DNA of 64,000 bases from a virus, in IMG/VR virus record IMGVR_UViG_3300027963_000071, positions 2,909-66,908 of that record. One strand, given 5' to 3'. The first letter of the stretch is position 1, and the number at the start of each line of letters is the position of its first letter. The notes under the pieces are model-generated. The model saw only the letters and a list, made by a program, of their open reading frames with translations. It had not been told where the DNA came from and searched no databases. Both the position numbers and the translations under genes were made by a program. Below are positions 9,757 through 19,861 of this stretch, piece after piece.

Positions 9757-11197
9757 ACTCATTATAAGAGATGAAGTTAATATCAAGATTGATGGTCTTG
9801 CTGTAGAGACAAGACGAAAAATTGTCAACAAATTAAAGTTTGATCTTCCCTATGCACGTCATATGCCAGCATACAAGCTAGGTCGTTGGGACGGAACTAA
9901 AACATACTTTGGCATTGGCGGTACTGGTTATCTTGCACACTTAGATGTTATATTGCCTATCATAGAAAATGATGGATATGAAATAGAAGTAGAAGATCTT
10001 AGGACGCATACTACATTTAAGTTTGAACCAGTTACTGAAAATTATTGGGCAGATAAAGGCAAGACGTGGCCCAAAGGACATCCTGCGGCTGGACAGCCTA
10101 TCGTACTGCGTGACTATCAATATGACGTTGTAAACAAGTTTTTAGAAAATCCTCAAAGTCTACAAGAGGTAGCAACAGGTGCAGGTAAAACCATTACTAC
10201 TGCTACGTTAAGTCACTTATGTGAGCCGTATGGACGCACAATGGTCATTGTGCCTAACAAGAGTCTTGTGGTACAAACCGAAGAAGATTATATCAATTTG
10301 GGGTTGGATGTTGGAGTGTACTTTGGCGATCGTAAAGAATTAGGACGAAAGCACACTATCTGTACTTGGCAAAGTTTGAATGTGCTGGATAAGAAAAGTT
10401 ATGACGAGGATGTAATGTCGTTGGCCGAATTTGCCGAAGGTGTTAATGCAATCATCATTGACGAAGTGCATCAAGCCAAAGCAGAAGTATTGACAAAATT
10501 GCTAACTCAGAATTTTAAAAACTGTTCTATACGTTGGGGACTGACTGGGACTGTGCCTAAAGAAGCGTGGGAGTTTCAAGGTATACTTGCCAGTATCGGA
10601 CCAGTTATTAATCAGGTATCAGCACACGATCTACAAGAAAAAGGTGTGTTGGCTCAACTGCAAATTAATATTTTGCAGACAAACGAAATTGAAGTTTTTA
10701 AAAGTTTTGCAGACGAATATGCATTTTTAGTCACAGACGATTCTAGGATCACTTGGATGGCTAACCAAATTAAATCGTTAGCATTAAGTGGAAATACTCT
10801 TGTATTAATCAATAGAATTGACACCGGAAACAAATTAATTGAACGTATCCCTGAAGCAGTATTTGTCAGTGGTGGTATGAAACTAGACGACAGGAAAGAA
10901 GAATATGATGAAATTAAAACGAGCGATGGCAAGATTATTGTGGCGACTTACGGTGTGGCCTCTGTTGGTATTAATATCCCAAGGATTTTTAATCTGGTTC
11001 TTATTGAACCCGGAAAGAGCTTTGTCCGCGTTATACAAAGCATTGGGCGAGGCATTAGAAAAGCAGAAGACAAAGACCATGTAGAGATTTGGGATATTAC
11101 AAGTCAATGCAAGTATAGTAAAAGACATTTAACAGAACGCAAAAAGTTTTACAAGGATGCAAAGTATCCTTTCACAGTAACTAAGGTAAACATATGA
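9743..11197 (+). CDS. uvsW: UvsW-like SF2 DNA helicase
   Basis: LRDYQ, ATGAGKT, DEVH, GLTGT, QSIGRGIR. Confidence 0.85.
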   Translation: MSSCKLIIRDEVNIKIDGLAVETRRKIVNKLKFDLPYARHMPAYKLGRWDGTKTYFGIGGTGYLAHLDVILPIIENDGYEIEVEDLRTHTTFKFEPVTENYWADKGKTWPKGHPAAGQPIVLRDYQYDVVNKFLENPQSLQEVATGAGKTITTATLSHLCEPYGRTMVIVPNKSLVVQTEEDYINLGLDVGVYFGDRKELGRKHTICTWQSLNVLDKKSYDEDVMSLAEFAEGVNAIIIDEVHQAKAEVLTKLLTQNFKNCSIRWGLTGTVPKEAWEFQGILASIGPVINQVSAHDLQEKGVLAQLQINILQTNEIEVFKSFADEYAFLVTDDSRITWMANQIKSLALSGNTLVLINRIDTGNKLIERIPEAVFVSGGMKLDDRKEEYDEIKTSDGKIIVATYGVASVGINIPRIFNLVLIEPGKSFVRVIQSIGRGIRKAEDKDHVEIWDITSQCKYSKRHLTERKKFYKDAKYPFTVTKVNI

Positions 11198-11700
11198 AAA
11201 TTTTAACATTGAATAACACTTCGTTTGATCTAAACGAACTGCCAGACGAGGTGGATGAAGATACAAGATTTAGTGTATTAGACAACAGCAATCCAGCAGA
11301 ACCAGATTTCTTTTTTATGCCGCTGATATTTTTAGAGTCATTTAACAGTCCTGCAATACTATTGAAGATTGGCGGGTACGAAGTACAAATGCCTTTAGAT
11401 TGGTGCATGATTGTTGGCGACAAGGACTGTGGACTTGATCCAGAAGTGTTACCATTAACTTCAATTAATGAACGTGGGTTTGACGCATTTATTTTTAATC
11501 CTATCAAAGGATTCAAACCAGAATACATGAGCATCGAAATCATTAATATTTTTCAAGATGTTAAATGGTACTTTCCTAAAATGAAAAACGGGCAATTACT
11601 AACAGTTCCATTGCATGATGAGTTTAATCCTCCGTGTGCTTATTTTGTAAAAGAAGTTAGTCGTCAGAGTGAAGTACTACAGTTACATAAGGTTCTTTAA
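11194..11700 (+). CDS. Hypothetical phage protein
   Basis: 168-aa coupled ORF. Confidence 0.65.
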   Translation: MKILTLNNTSFDLNELPDEVDEDTRFSVLDNSNPAEPDFFFMPLIFLESFNSPAILLKIGGYEVQMPLDWCMIVGDKDCGLDPEVLPLTSINERGFDAFIFNPIKGFKPEYMSIEIINIFQDVKWYFPKMKNGQLLTVPLHDEFNPPCAYFVKEVSRQSEVLQLHKVL

Positions 11701-11702
11701 TT

Positions 11703-12059
11703 ATGAAAGCAGGAAAAATCTGGGGTGTTACAAAACTATTCGAAGCCAACGGTGTTTTAGAGTTTCATCGAATTGAAGCCAACGCCGGTGGTGTATGTAG
11801 TAAGCATAAACACAAATACAAATGGAATGGCTTCTTTGTTGAAAAAGGAGAAATGATAATTCGTGTTTGGAAAAATAATTATGACTTGGTTGACGAAACC
11901 TTGTTAACAGCTGGCGAGTACACTAAAGTTGCTCCTGGCGAATATCATCAGTTTGAAGCAGTTACAGACTGCGTTGCCTTTGAATTGTATTGGGCAGAAT
12001 TTGACCACGATGATATCGAAAGAGATACTGTGGGATATAATAAAGATGGGCAATCTTAA
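11703..12059 (+). CDS. Cupin-domain protein (sugar isomerase-like)
   Basis: GKIWG, SKHKHKYK, PGEYHQF. Confidence 0.7.
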   Translation: MKAGKIWGVTKLFEANGVLEFHRIEANAGGVCSKHKHKYKWNGFFVEKGEMIIRVWKNNYDLVDETLLTAGEYTKVAPGEYHQFEAVTDCVAFELYWAEFDHDDIERDTVGYNKDGQS

Positions 12060-12333
12060 ACCTGGCGCAACATACATATACGAAAGAAATGGCGAGGAAG
12101 TTTATGCTCGCGAATTTGGTGAGACTGAACGTAAACTAATTGGATACAAATATGAAATGGAAGACAAGCCGGATCCTCGAACCGATGACGGTCGTCCGTT
12201 GCATGAACATATGAAAGAAAACCAGTTGTGGGGCGAAATTCGCCGGGCGGCCAAAACAAATAGTGCTTTACACGAAGCACTAGAACGTGCTATACTAATA
12301 TATCACTTGAGCAAAGACCATGGGACAAAATAA
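12046..12333 (+). CDS. Hypothetical protein
   Basis: Likely start MGNLKPGATYIYER, overlapping the cupin stop. Confidence 0.6.
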   Translation: MGNLKPGATYIYERNGEEVYAREFGETERKLIGYKYEMEDKPDPRTDDGRPLHEHMKENQLWGEIRRAAKTNSALHEALERAILIYHLSKDHGTK

Positions 12334-12799
12334 ACACGTAGACCTTTTCAAAGACATGATACCTGCTGTTGACATGGGTATTAAAGAACTTTGGGATGCA
12401 ACAACAGAAGACGGCCGTAAAGAGATCAAAGGTGATTTCTGGAATCTTAATCGATATATCAGCAATGTTAAATCTAACAATAGAGAATTGCAAGAGCATT
12501 TTGTGTTAACCACAAACGAATATTATAATAAGAACTGGAACGAAATTCAGAAGCATCCAAAGTTAGTTTGGCAGACATTATGTTTGTGCAGTCACGAGAG
12601 TAAGAAGACATTCTTTCACGAATGGATTCCTCTTAAAAAGCAAAAAAACAAAAAAGAAGAATTTTTAGCAGAACTATTTCCTAACACAAAACTCAATGAC
12701 ATCACTACACTTGCAGCCATTACCACAGACAAAGAAATTAAAAAGTACTGCGAAGACCTTGGTTGGGATAAGAAAAAAGTTAATGAAATTAGATTTTAA
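12320..12799 (+). CDS. Possible clamp-loader small subunit (T4 gp62-like)
   Basis: FWNLNRYIS...NEYYN...HEWI pattern and replication context; weak resemblance only. Confidence 0.4.
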   Translation: MGQNKHVDLFKDMIPAVDMGIKELWDATTEDGRKEIKGDFWNLNRYISNVKSNNRELQEHFVLTTNEYYNKNWNEIQKHPKLVWQTLCLCSHESKKTFFHEWIPLKKQKNKKEEFLAELFPNTKLNDITTLAAITTDKEIKKYCEDLGWDKKKVNEIRF

Positions 12800-13466
12800 A
12801 TGTGAATACTGCGGCAAAGAATTTGCCAAAGAAAAAACGTTAGTTGTTCATGTATGTGAACAAAAGCGTCGACACATGAGTAAAAACGAAAGACATGTTC
12901 AGGCAGGCTTACTCACCTTCCAACGCTTTTACGAAGTATCGCAAAAGTCTACAACGCCAAAAACATTTGATGATTTTGCAACAAGTTCATTTTATAATGC
13001 CATGGTAAAGTTTGGCAGTTTTATGATTAATACTGCGCCTATATATCCAGAAATGTTTATAGACTATGTTATAAAAAGCGGTGTTAAATTAGATCATTGG
13101 TGTCGTGATGAGTTATATGATCAGTATATCAGCGAGATGATTAAGAAAGAGCCTGCAGACGGAGCCATACAGCGTACAATTAAAACTATGATGGAATGGG
13201 GTGATTCTAACTCTGCACAGTGGGAACATTACTTTCAATATGTTAATTTAAATCGTGCTACACATGACATTAAAGAGGGTTTAGTAAGTCCGTGGATATT
13301 GTTAAATAGCAAGTCAGGAAAAGAAATGCTACAACGTATGAATGACGAGCAATTAGAAATCGTTGGTCCTATTATCGACCCGCAGTTTTGGTTACGTAGA
13401 TTTAAAGCACTACCAGCAGATCACGAGTTAGTTAAAGAAGTCATCAAGGAGGCGAAGATACTGTAA
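12783..13466 (+). CDS. Hypothetical protein with N-terminal zinc finger
   Basis: CEYCGKEFAKEKTLVVHVC. Confidence 0.65.
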   Translation: MKLDFKCEYCGKEFAKEKTLVVHVCEQKRRHMSKNERHVQAGLLTFQRFYEVSQKSTTPKTFDDFATSSFYNAMVKFGSFMINTAPIYPEMFIDYVIKSGVKLDHWCRDELYDQYISEMIKKEPADGAIQRTIKTMMEWGDSNSAQWEHYFQYVNLNRATHDIKEGLVSPWILLNSKSGKEMLQRMNDEQLEIVGPIIDPQFWLRRFKALPADHELVKEVIKEAKIL

Positions 13467-13690
13467 TGCCAAAAAGACCAGAACCTATTATTGAAGAAGA
13501 AGAATTGAAAGAAAACGAAGAGTTTATTTCAAGAGATGACATTGATATAGAAGTAGTAGTAGCAGAAGAATCAAACGATGTGTATGTAAAATTTTCAGGA
13601 TTTAACGATGATGAAGATGCTGAAGAATACGCACAATTCTTAGCAGAAACATTACCGTTATTATTATTTGAAAGCACAAGGTTACATTAA
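13466..13690 (+). CDS. Small acidic hypothetical protein
   Basis: TAATG coupling on both sides, E/D-rich. Confidence 0.6.
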   Translation: MPKRPEPIIEEEELKENEEFISRDDIDIEVVVAEESNDVYVKFSGFNDDEDAEEYAQFLAETLPLLLFESTRLH

Positions 13691-14268
13691 TGCCAGATAT
13701 TGACATAGACTTTTTAGACAGAGACCAATCACTAAAATTATTCAAACATATAGGCGCAAGCAGATATGATGAAGATAAATTGGTTAAGCATAACACAGGT
13801 GTATATTTCCATGATGTTCCTGTAAATGCAGTCACAGGTCTATGTGCAGTACCTTACGAAACAGCAGAAGATCGCGGATATTTTAAAGTAGATTTTTTAA
13901 ATGTCAGCTTGTACAAAGGTGTTAGAGATGAAGCACATCTCATTCAACTGATGGAGATTGAACCACTATGGGACCTGTTGGAGCAAGACGATTTCACGAA
14001 TTTATTGTTTCACATAAACGGGTATGGAGGCTTGTTACGCAAGCTGAAGCCGAAGAGTATATTAGAACTGGCCGCGTGCCTTGCCTTGATACGCCCAGGC
14101 AAGCGACATTTACAAGAGAAGACTTGGAACGATATTATGGACCAGATATGGGTGAAACCAGCGAATGGTGATTACCATTTTAAGAAGAGTCATGCAATAG
14201 CCTATGCAACTGCTATTGTTGTACAGATGAATCTAATCTGTGAAGGTATTAGCTACGAGTATAATTAA
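13690..14268 (+). CDS. Miniature DNA polymerase III alpha (DnaE/PolC-like) catalytic-domain protein
   Basis: PDIDIDF, KHNTGV, FKVDFL, ALIRPG, FKKSHAIAYA: family C polymerase motifs in order. Confidence 0.8.
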   Translation: MPDIDIDFLDRDQSLKLFKHIGASRYDEDKLVKHNTGVYFHDVPVNAVTGLCAVPYETAEDRGYFKVDFLNVSLYKGVRDEAHLIQLMEIEPLWDLLEQDDFTNLLFHINGYGGLLRKLKPKSILELAACLALIRPGKRHLQEKTWNDIMDQIWVKPANGDYHFKKSHAIAYATAIVVQMNLICEGISYEYN

Positions 14269-14636
14269 GAAGTTTTTCTTACCAACGTAATGCTCTTACG
14301 TTTGATGCGTTTTACAATGATATCATTTAGGCTTGTACACGGCCCAAATAACACTTTAACGTCTTTTGTGCTGAAATTTCGGATAGCATATCTATATGGT
14401 AGTATTTCTCTAAGTAAGAAAATATTGATAGGAATTTGTCTATTTGACTCCCACCACCATGCTTCCCCGAGCTCTAAAAATCGTGTTTTTTCTTCATCAG
14501 TTTTTATAGCAGTATAGTCGTATAAACTAGTTACCTGAGCATCTTGGTTGATAATTATACCCACATACTCGTGCTCAACATGGTTGATTACACTGATGAA
14601 TGGGAAGTTTTGTTGTAAGTTTTCAGTTATGCGCAT
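14265..14636 (-). CDS. Hypothetical phage protein
   Basis: 123-aa ORF with WWWESNRQIPINIFL. Confidence 0.65.
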   Translation of the reverse strand: MRITENLQQNFPFISVINHVEHEYVGIIINQDAQVTSLYDYTAIKTDEEKTRFLELGEAWWWESNRQIPINIFLLREILPYRYAIRNFSTKDVKVLFGPCTSLNDIIVKRIKRKSITLVRKTS

Positions 14637-14665
14637 TGATAAATATTATAAAGGTCCGCTAATGT

Positions 14666-15511
14666 ATGCAAAGTAATTCAGTGTATTTATATCCAAATAA
14701 AATTGACGCATATACTAACCCCTTGGATTCCCTAACCGCTGAGAGGTATCGTAGAGTGTATAATCGAAACTTAAAAATCTATCGTAGTGTTGATAACCGC
14801 ATCGACCTACAACTTCGTAATTCTGATCAAAAATCATTAAGCATCAGTAGCTCAGCCGTGATATTTAACATTATTGGTAGAGAGGATAACCAATTACTGG
14901 TCCAAAAAGAATTTACACTAATTCCTAATGACTCTGCTAGAAAAATCAAAGGTAGAGCATACGTGACCTTAACTGCATCAGACTTAGAAGGATTAGAGGA
15001 AGGCAGTTACAGTTATAGTATTCTTCAAGAAGAACGAGAAAATTTAGATTCAACAGGATATCAAGTAACATCACGAACACCACTATATGTTGACAGTCAA
15101 TATGGTGTTGTAGGAACTATCGACGTATCTGGTGATGCTTTAGGCAGCGTAATTAACAGTCTAGTTGTGAACAAATTTTCATATGTTAATCCGTTCACAG
15201 CAGGTGAAACAACACCAAAGTACTATATCAGTAGTATTATAGATGCACAACCAACATTAGGAACAGCCCAAAGCGTTCATACATTCCAAATGTATTTTAA
15301 CAACTATAGCGGAAGTATATCTATCGAGGGAAGTCTAGATGATCAAGGAGCTTCACCATCTAAATGGACAACAGTACTATCTCCTGTTGATCTTACAGCT
15401 CAAACCAATCCAGTCTATAAAAATATTGTAGGAAAATACAATTGGTTTAGAATCAAGCATATTCCATCCACAATAAACACAGGAACCGTTGACAAGATAC
15501 TTTATAGATAG
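14666..15511 (+). CDS. Putative virion structural protein
   Basis: Beta-rich S/T/G composition; ATAAATA late-type motif upstream at 14639. Confidence 0.5.
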   Translation: MQSNSVYLYPNKIDAYTNPLDSLTAERYRRVYNRNLKIYRSVDNRIDLQLRNSDQKSLSISSSAVIFNIIGREDNQLLVQKEFTLIPNDSARKIKGRAYVTLTASDLEGLEEGSYSYSILQEERENLDSTGYQVTSRTPLYVDSQYGVVGTIDVSGDALGSVINSLVVNKFSYVNPFTAGETTPKYYISSIIDAQPTLGTAQSVHTFQMYFNNYSGSISIEGSLDDQGASPSKWTTVLSPVDLTAQTNPVYKNIVGKYNWFRIKHIPSTINTGTVDKILYR

Positions 15512-15517
15512 TATACT
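15489..15517 (+). promoter_or_regulatory. Sigma70-type promoter for primase (leaderless)
   Basis: TTGACA-17-TATACT, ATG at 15524. Confidence 0.75.
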
Positions 15518-15523
15518 TGTTAC

Positions 15524-16534
15524 ATGACTCTTGTAGTTGATAAATTCCGAACACTAATACCAGCACGAGCTAAATCAAGTCCATCGGGCTGGACTAGCTT
15601 TAATTCTCCCTGTTGTCACCATCGCGGGCATAGCCAAGACACACGAAAACGTGGTGGCTTAAGATTTGATCAAGGTGTTATATTCAATTGTTTTAACTGC
15701 AAATATACTGCAAGTTGGCAACCTGGCCGCCCAATATCAGAGAAATTTAAATCATTATGTAGATGGATGGGAGCCAATGACGATGATATTAAATTATTAG
15801 TATTTGAAGCACTTAAGACAGAGTCCGAGGACTACGAGCCCGAAGCACAAGTTGCCAAAGTTGAATTTGAAGACAAAGAGTTGCCAGAAGGCTCGCTGTC
15901 TATTAGTGAATGGGTTAACTCTGCTTATCTTCCGGATATCTCGGAAGACATTGGACCTGTAATAGACTATGTCATAAGCCGAGGATATGATCCGTTCGAT
16001 GGAAACTTCTATTGGAGTCCTAGCGCCGGATATGAAAATAGAGTGATTATTCCTTTCCGTTACCAACATAGGATAGTAGGCAGTACTGCACGAAAAGTAG
16101 TAGATGGAAGGCCTAAATATCTATCAGATCAACATCCTCATTTTGTTTTCAATACTGATGCACAAAAAGAAAATCAAAAATACATATTTGTAGTAGAAGG
16201 ACCGTTTGATGCACTTAGCGTTGGTGGTGTAGCTTTACTAACTAATGATATCGCAGATCAGCAGGCAAGAATCATAAATGGTCTAGGCAGTGAAATCATT
16301 GTAATTCCAGACCAAGACGAGGCTGGATTAAATTTGATTAAAAAAGCCATGCATTATAATTGGAGTGTAGCATTTCCCACGTGGGATGACAATGTTAAAG
16401 ACGTAGCAGACGCAGTTCAAAAATATGGTAAATTATTTGTAATAGTCGATGCTATCAAAACCGCCGTTAGTGGTGATATAAAACTTACTATGGCTTTACG
16501 TAAACTGGAGAACAAACTTGAAAAAAATACTTGA
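15524..16534 (+). CDS. DNA primase (T4 gp61-like)
   Basis: N-terminal Zn motif (PCC...CFNC), TOPRIM VVEGPFDA, PDQD, KDVAD. Confidence 0.85.
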   Translation: MTLVVDKFRTLIPARAKSSPSGWTSFNSPCCHHRGHSQDTRKRGGLRFDQGVIFNCFNCKYTASWQPGRPISEKFKSLCRWMGANDDDIKLLVFEALKTESEDYEPEAQVAKVEFEDKELPEGSLSISEWVNSAYLPDISEDIGPVIDYVISRGYDPFDGNFYWSPSAGYENRVIIPFRYQHRIVGSTARKVVDGRPKYLSDQHPHFVFNTDAQKENQKYIFVVEGPFDALSVGGVALLTNDIADQQARIINGLGSEIIVIPDQDEAGLNLIKKAMHYNWSVAFPTWDDNVKDVADAVQKYGKLFVIVDAIKTAVSGDIKLTMALRKLENKLEKNT

Positions 16535-16631
16535 TTTTATTCTGTACCCTTACAGAAAATACAAAGAAAATAAAGAATGGAAAAAGCGTTTAGCAGAACT
16601 CCGCAAACGCGATCCGTTCATTTACAAATGA
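16518..16631 (+). CDS. 37-aa basic peptide not in the ORF track (…KRLAELRKRDPFIYK)
   Basis: GGAG RBS at 16507, TTG start, TGA overlapping the carbamoyltransferase ATG. Confidence 0.55.
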   Translation: MKKILDFILYPYRKYKENKEWKKRLAELRKRDPFIYK

Positions 16632-17596
16632 TTACCTGGGGGATAAACGCTCTTAATCACGATGCTAGTATTGCCGTTGTGATTGACGGACAGTTAAAAT
16701 TTTGGGAACGTAGCAGCAAATATTCTGGTATTCCGGGTGATGATAAAATACATTCTGGATTGTTCAGTGATGCAATTAATGCCAGTGGTTATCGTGGGCC
16801 GGACAATATTGTTTGGTACGAGCGTCCTTGGTTAAAGAAACTTAGACAATTCCGTGCCGGGCAGTATCATTGGGCATTTGATATGGATGAACTGCCTAGT
16901 CGATATTTAAAATCAATTGCATTAGGTTATCCGAGAATATCGTATATGCCTCATCATCTAAGTCATGCAGCCGCAGGATTTTTAACATCTCCATTTGATG
17001 AAGCCGCAGTTGTAGTATTAGATGCTATGGGCGAATGGGAGTCTGCAAGCATATGGCACGGTAAAGGCACAGACTTAAAAAAAGTGTGGAGCCGTAGTTA
17101 TCCTACTAGTTTAGGATTGTTCTATTCAGCATTCACAGATTTAATAGGGTTGAAACCGTTGGGCGAGGAGCATATTCTTCAACAGTACAGTAGCAAAGGG
17201 AATTACCACCGCTATCGTATTGAAGTTGAAAGTTATTGGAATTCAAATTGGACATTATCTGAAAATTTACACAAAGGTGTACGCTCGTGGAAGGATCCTA
17301 TTGTCACTGATCAAGATAGATATGACATTGCGGCCGCAGTACAATACGTATTTGAAAACCAAGCAATGCAGGTAATGAACACTGCTAAACATCTAACAGG
17401 TAGTGAGAATTTAGTTTATATGGGGGGATGTGCTATGAATAGCAAATTCAATCAAGAATTAGACTCTAGTTGGAATGGCATTTGGAGTTTGCCTATACCC
17501 GGTGATGCCAGCAGTACTATTGGTGCAGCATTATACTATCAAAAGAAAAGAATTAAGTGGCGTGGGCCTCTTGCAAATTATGTCAAGATCAAGTAA
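16628..17596 (+). CDS. Carbamoyltransferase N-terminal domain (NodU/CmcH/TobZ Kae1-like)
   Basis: WGINALNHDAS, HHLSHAAAGF, VLDAMGE, SLGLFYS, GGCAMN, PGDASSTIGAA; no C-terminal domain. Confidence 0.85.
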   Translation: MITWGINALNHDASIAVVIDGQLKFWERSSKYSGIPGDDKIHSGLFSDAINASGYRGPDNIVWYERPWLKKLRQFRAGQYHWAFDMDELPSRYLKSIALGYPRISYMPHHLSHAAAGFLTSPFDEAAVVVLDAMGEWESASIWHGKGTDLKKVWSRSYPTSLGLFYSAFTDLIGLKPLGEEHILQQYSSKGNYHRYRIEVESYWNSNWTLSENLHKGVRSWKDPIVTDQDRYDIAAAVQYVFENQAMQVMNTAKHLTGSENLVYMGGCAMNSKFNQELDSSWNGIWSLPIPGDASSTIGAALYYQKKRIKWRGPLANYVKIK

Positions 17597-17605
17597 AATA
17601 TAAGT

Positions 17606-18220
17606 ATGTTCACTGAAAAGAAATATGTTTGCGGAAATCAATGGCTCATAGATACAGAGTATCCTGCCTATGAAGAATTGTTACCATTTTTAAATATTGA
17701 AGACAAGTACGAATACAGTCGAGAAACCACTGCATTTGGTGCAAGGCAATTTCCATTATGGACCGATCAAGATTTGGCAATGGTTTACAAATCTAAAGAA
17801 CATCGTGATTTTACTCCACTGGATGGTTGGGATAAAGTGCTTGAAAAAACAGTAGCATGGACACAGGCCAAAGTATTACAGTATAGATTTTTTCATAAAC
17901 TACAACCTGCTATTTCTTGGTATATAACCTACGAAGAAGGCGGATGGCAAGGTATGCATACACATGATGAAAATTCAATTACACAAATCATTTACCTCGA
18001 TCCAACACCACACGTTACTCCGGACTCGCCAGCAAAGGCTGCTGGGTATGGTGCTATGTATGCTATGATGGCAAGTAAAGACAAACACAAATATGTAACA
18101 GTAAACGGATTTCCGGGTAGATGTATAATAATGCCAGGCAATATATATCACGGGGTATATCCGGTAAAATCCGTTCCAAGAAGGACAGTAGTCATAGACT
18201 ACATATATAAAAGACAATGA
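17606..18220 (+). CDS. 2OG-Fe(II) oxygenase-like protein
   Basis: MHTHD ... YHGVYP ... RRTVVID. Confidence 0.6.
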   Translation: MFTEKKYVCGNQWLIDTEYPAYEELLPFLNIEDKYEYSRETTAFGARQFPLWTDQDLAMVYKSKEHRDFTPLDGWDKVLEKTVAWTQAKVLQYRFFHKLQPAISWYITYEEGGWQGMHTHDENSITQIIYLDPTPHVTPDSPAKAAGYGAMYAMMASKDKHKYVTVNGFPGRCIIMPGNIYHGVYPVKSVPRRTVVIDYIYKRQ

Positions 18221-19632
18221 TAAAAACATACGATTACGAAGTACAGAAATTATATCTTGAGATAATGCTGTCAGATGCCGAAACATTTGTACGCTGTCAA
18301 GGTATTTTTGATCACAGCCTGTTTGATCGCAAACTGCAAGATGCGGCAGAGTTTATGAATGCTTATGCTAAAGAGTATAATGTATTACCGGACTACAATA
18401 TGGTTAATGCAACTTGCAGAACAGAGTTTGTAAAACCAGAAGACCTCAAAGATGGACATATGGATTGGTTCATGGATGAGTTTGAAAAGTTTACACAACA
18501 TAAAGCTCTTGAACGTGCAATCATACAATCAGCAGATTTATTAGAAAAGCATGACTACGGTGCAGTAGAAGTGTTAATCAAAGAAGCGGTGCAAATTGGC
18601 CTTGCTCGCGATATGGGCACTGACTATTTTGCTGATCCTCGTGGACGACTGTTGGGAATTAAAGATAAGAATGGACAGGTAAGCACAGGGTGGCCAAGTA
18701 TGGATCGTAGACTATTTGGAGGAATGAATCGTGGAGAGCTTAATATTTTTGCAGGTGGTTCCGGAGCAGGTAAATCTTTATTTCTTGCTAACTTGGGAGT
18801 CAATTGGGCATTGCAAGGACTTAATGTTGTTTATCTAACATTAGAACTTTCAGAAGCATTGGTTAGTATGCGTATTGATGCAATGCTCACAGGAGTTGCA
18901 ACTAAAGACATTTTTAAAGATCTAGACGACATCGAAATGAAAGTCAAGATGATTGGCAAGAAGGCTGGTATGTTACAGGTCAAGTATATGCCTAGTGGTA
19001 AGACTGCCAACGATATCCGTGCATATTTGAAAGAGTATGAAATCAAAGTAGGCAAGAAAGTAGACGTGTTGCTAGTTGACTATTTGGACTTGTTGATGCC
19101 AGTTAGCAAGAAGATTAGTCCAGCGGACTTGTTTATCAAAGACAAGTATGTGTCAGAAGAACTGCGTAATCTAGCAGTGGAAAAGAACTGTGTGTTTGTA
19201 ACTGCGGCACAATTGAACCGTGGTGCTGTTGAAGAAGTAGAGTTTGATCACAGTCACATTTCAGGTGGATTGAGTAAGATTCAAACAGCAGACAACGTGT
19301 TTGGTATCTTTACAAGTCGTGCTATGCGTGAGCGTGGACGTTATCAAATCCAGTTAATGAAGACACGTAGTTCAAGCGGTGTTGGCATGAAGATTGATCT
19401 AGAGTTTAATCTAGAATCATTAAAGATTAGCGATCTTCCAGAAGACGAGCAAGAGAATAGCGGAGCAACAAGCCGTGGTGCTAGTTCAATCATCGACAGT
19501 ATCAAACGAAAAACAGAGGTAGCACAGCGTGAAGAACCAACAGAAGGTGTACCTGTAGGAAAAGTTCGAGCACACGTCGAATCGACAAAATTAAGAGAAA
19601 TCTTAAACAGTATGGGCGGCGATGAAGAATAA
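18217..19632 (+). CDS. Replicative DNA helicase (T4 gp41/DnaB family)
   Basis: GGSGAGKS Walker A, LVDYLDL, TAAQLNR, KTRSS. Confidence 0.9.
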   Translation: MIKTYDYEVQKLYLEIMLSDAETFVRCQGIFDHSLFDRKLQDAAEFMNAYAKEYNVLPDYNMVNATCRTEFVKPEDLKDGHMDWFMDEFEKFTQHKALERAIIQSADLLEKHDYGAVEVLIKEAVQIGLARDMGTDYFADPRGRLLGIKDKNGQVSTGWPSMDRRLFGGMNRGELNIFAGGSGAGKSLFLANLGVNWALQGLNVVYLTLELSEALVSMRIDAMLTGVATKDIFKDLDDIEMKVKMIGKKAGMLQVKYMPSGKTANDIRAYLKEYEIKVGKKVDVLLVDYLDLLMPVSKKISPADLFIKDKYVSEELRNLAVEKNCVFVTAAQLNRGAVEEVEFDHSHISGGLSKIQTADNVFGIFTSRAMRERGRYQIQLMKTRSSSGVGMKIDLEFNLESLKISDLPEDEQENSGATSRGASSIIDSIKRKTEVAQREEPTEGVPVGKVRAHVESTKLREILNSMGGDEE

Positions 19633-19858
19633 AGTAGTTGAGCTGTTAAAGTGGTTGCCCGAAGAAAGCGAATACATCGAAATAAATTGGCCCAAAGTAC
19701 ACAAAACCATAGGGTTAGAACACACCAACTGGTTAATAAATCAACCCAAAGAAAAGTGTCAGCTAGTGCTGTTACGTAACGACATGTATTGTCGCCTGGC
19801 TGCAGAATTTTATGATAAAGAGACTTTAATCAATTATCATTTAATGTGGGCTAAATAA
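19622..19858 (+). CDS. Hypothetical protein
   Basis: Coupled 78-aa ORF. Confidence 0.55.
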   Translation: MKNKVVELLKWLPEESEYIEINWPKVHKTIGLEHTNWLINQPKEKCQLVLLRNDMYCRLAAEFYDKETLINYHLMWAK

Positions 19859-19861
19859 TGG

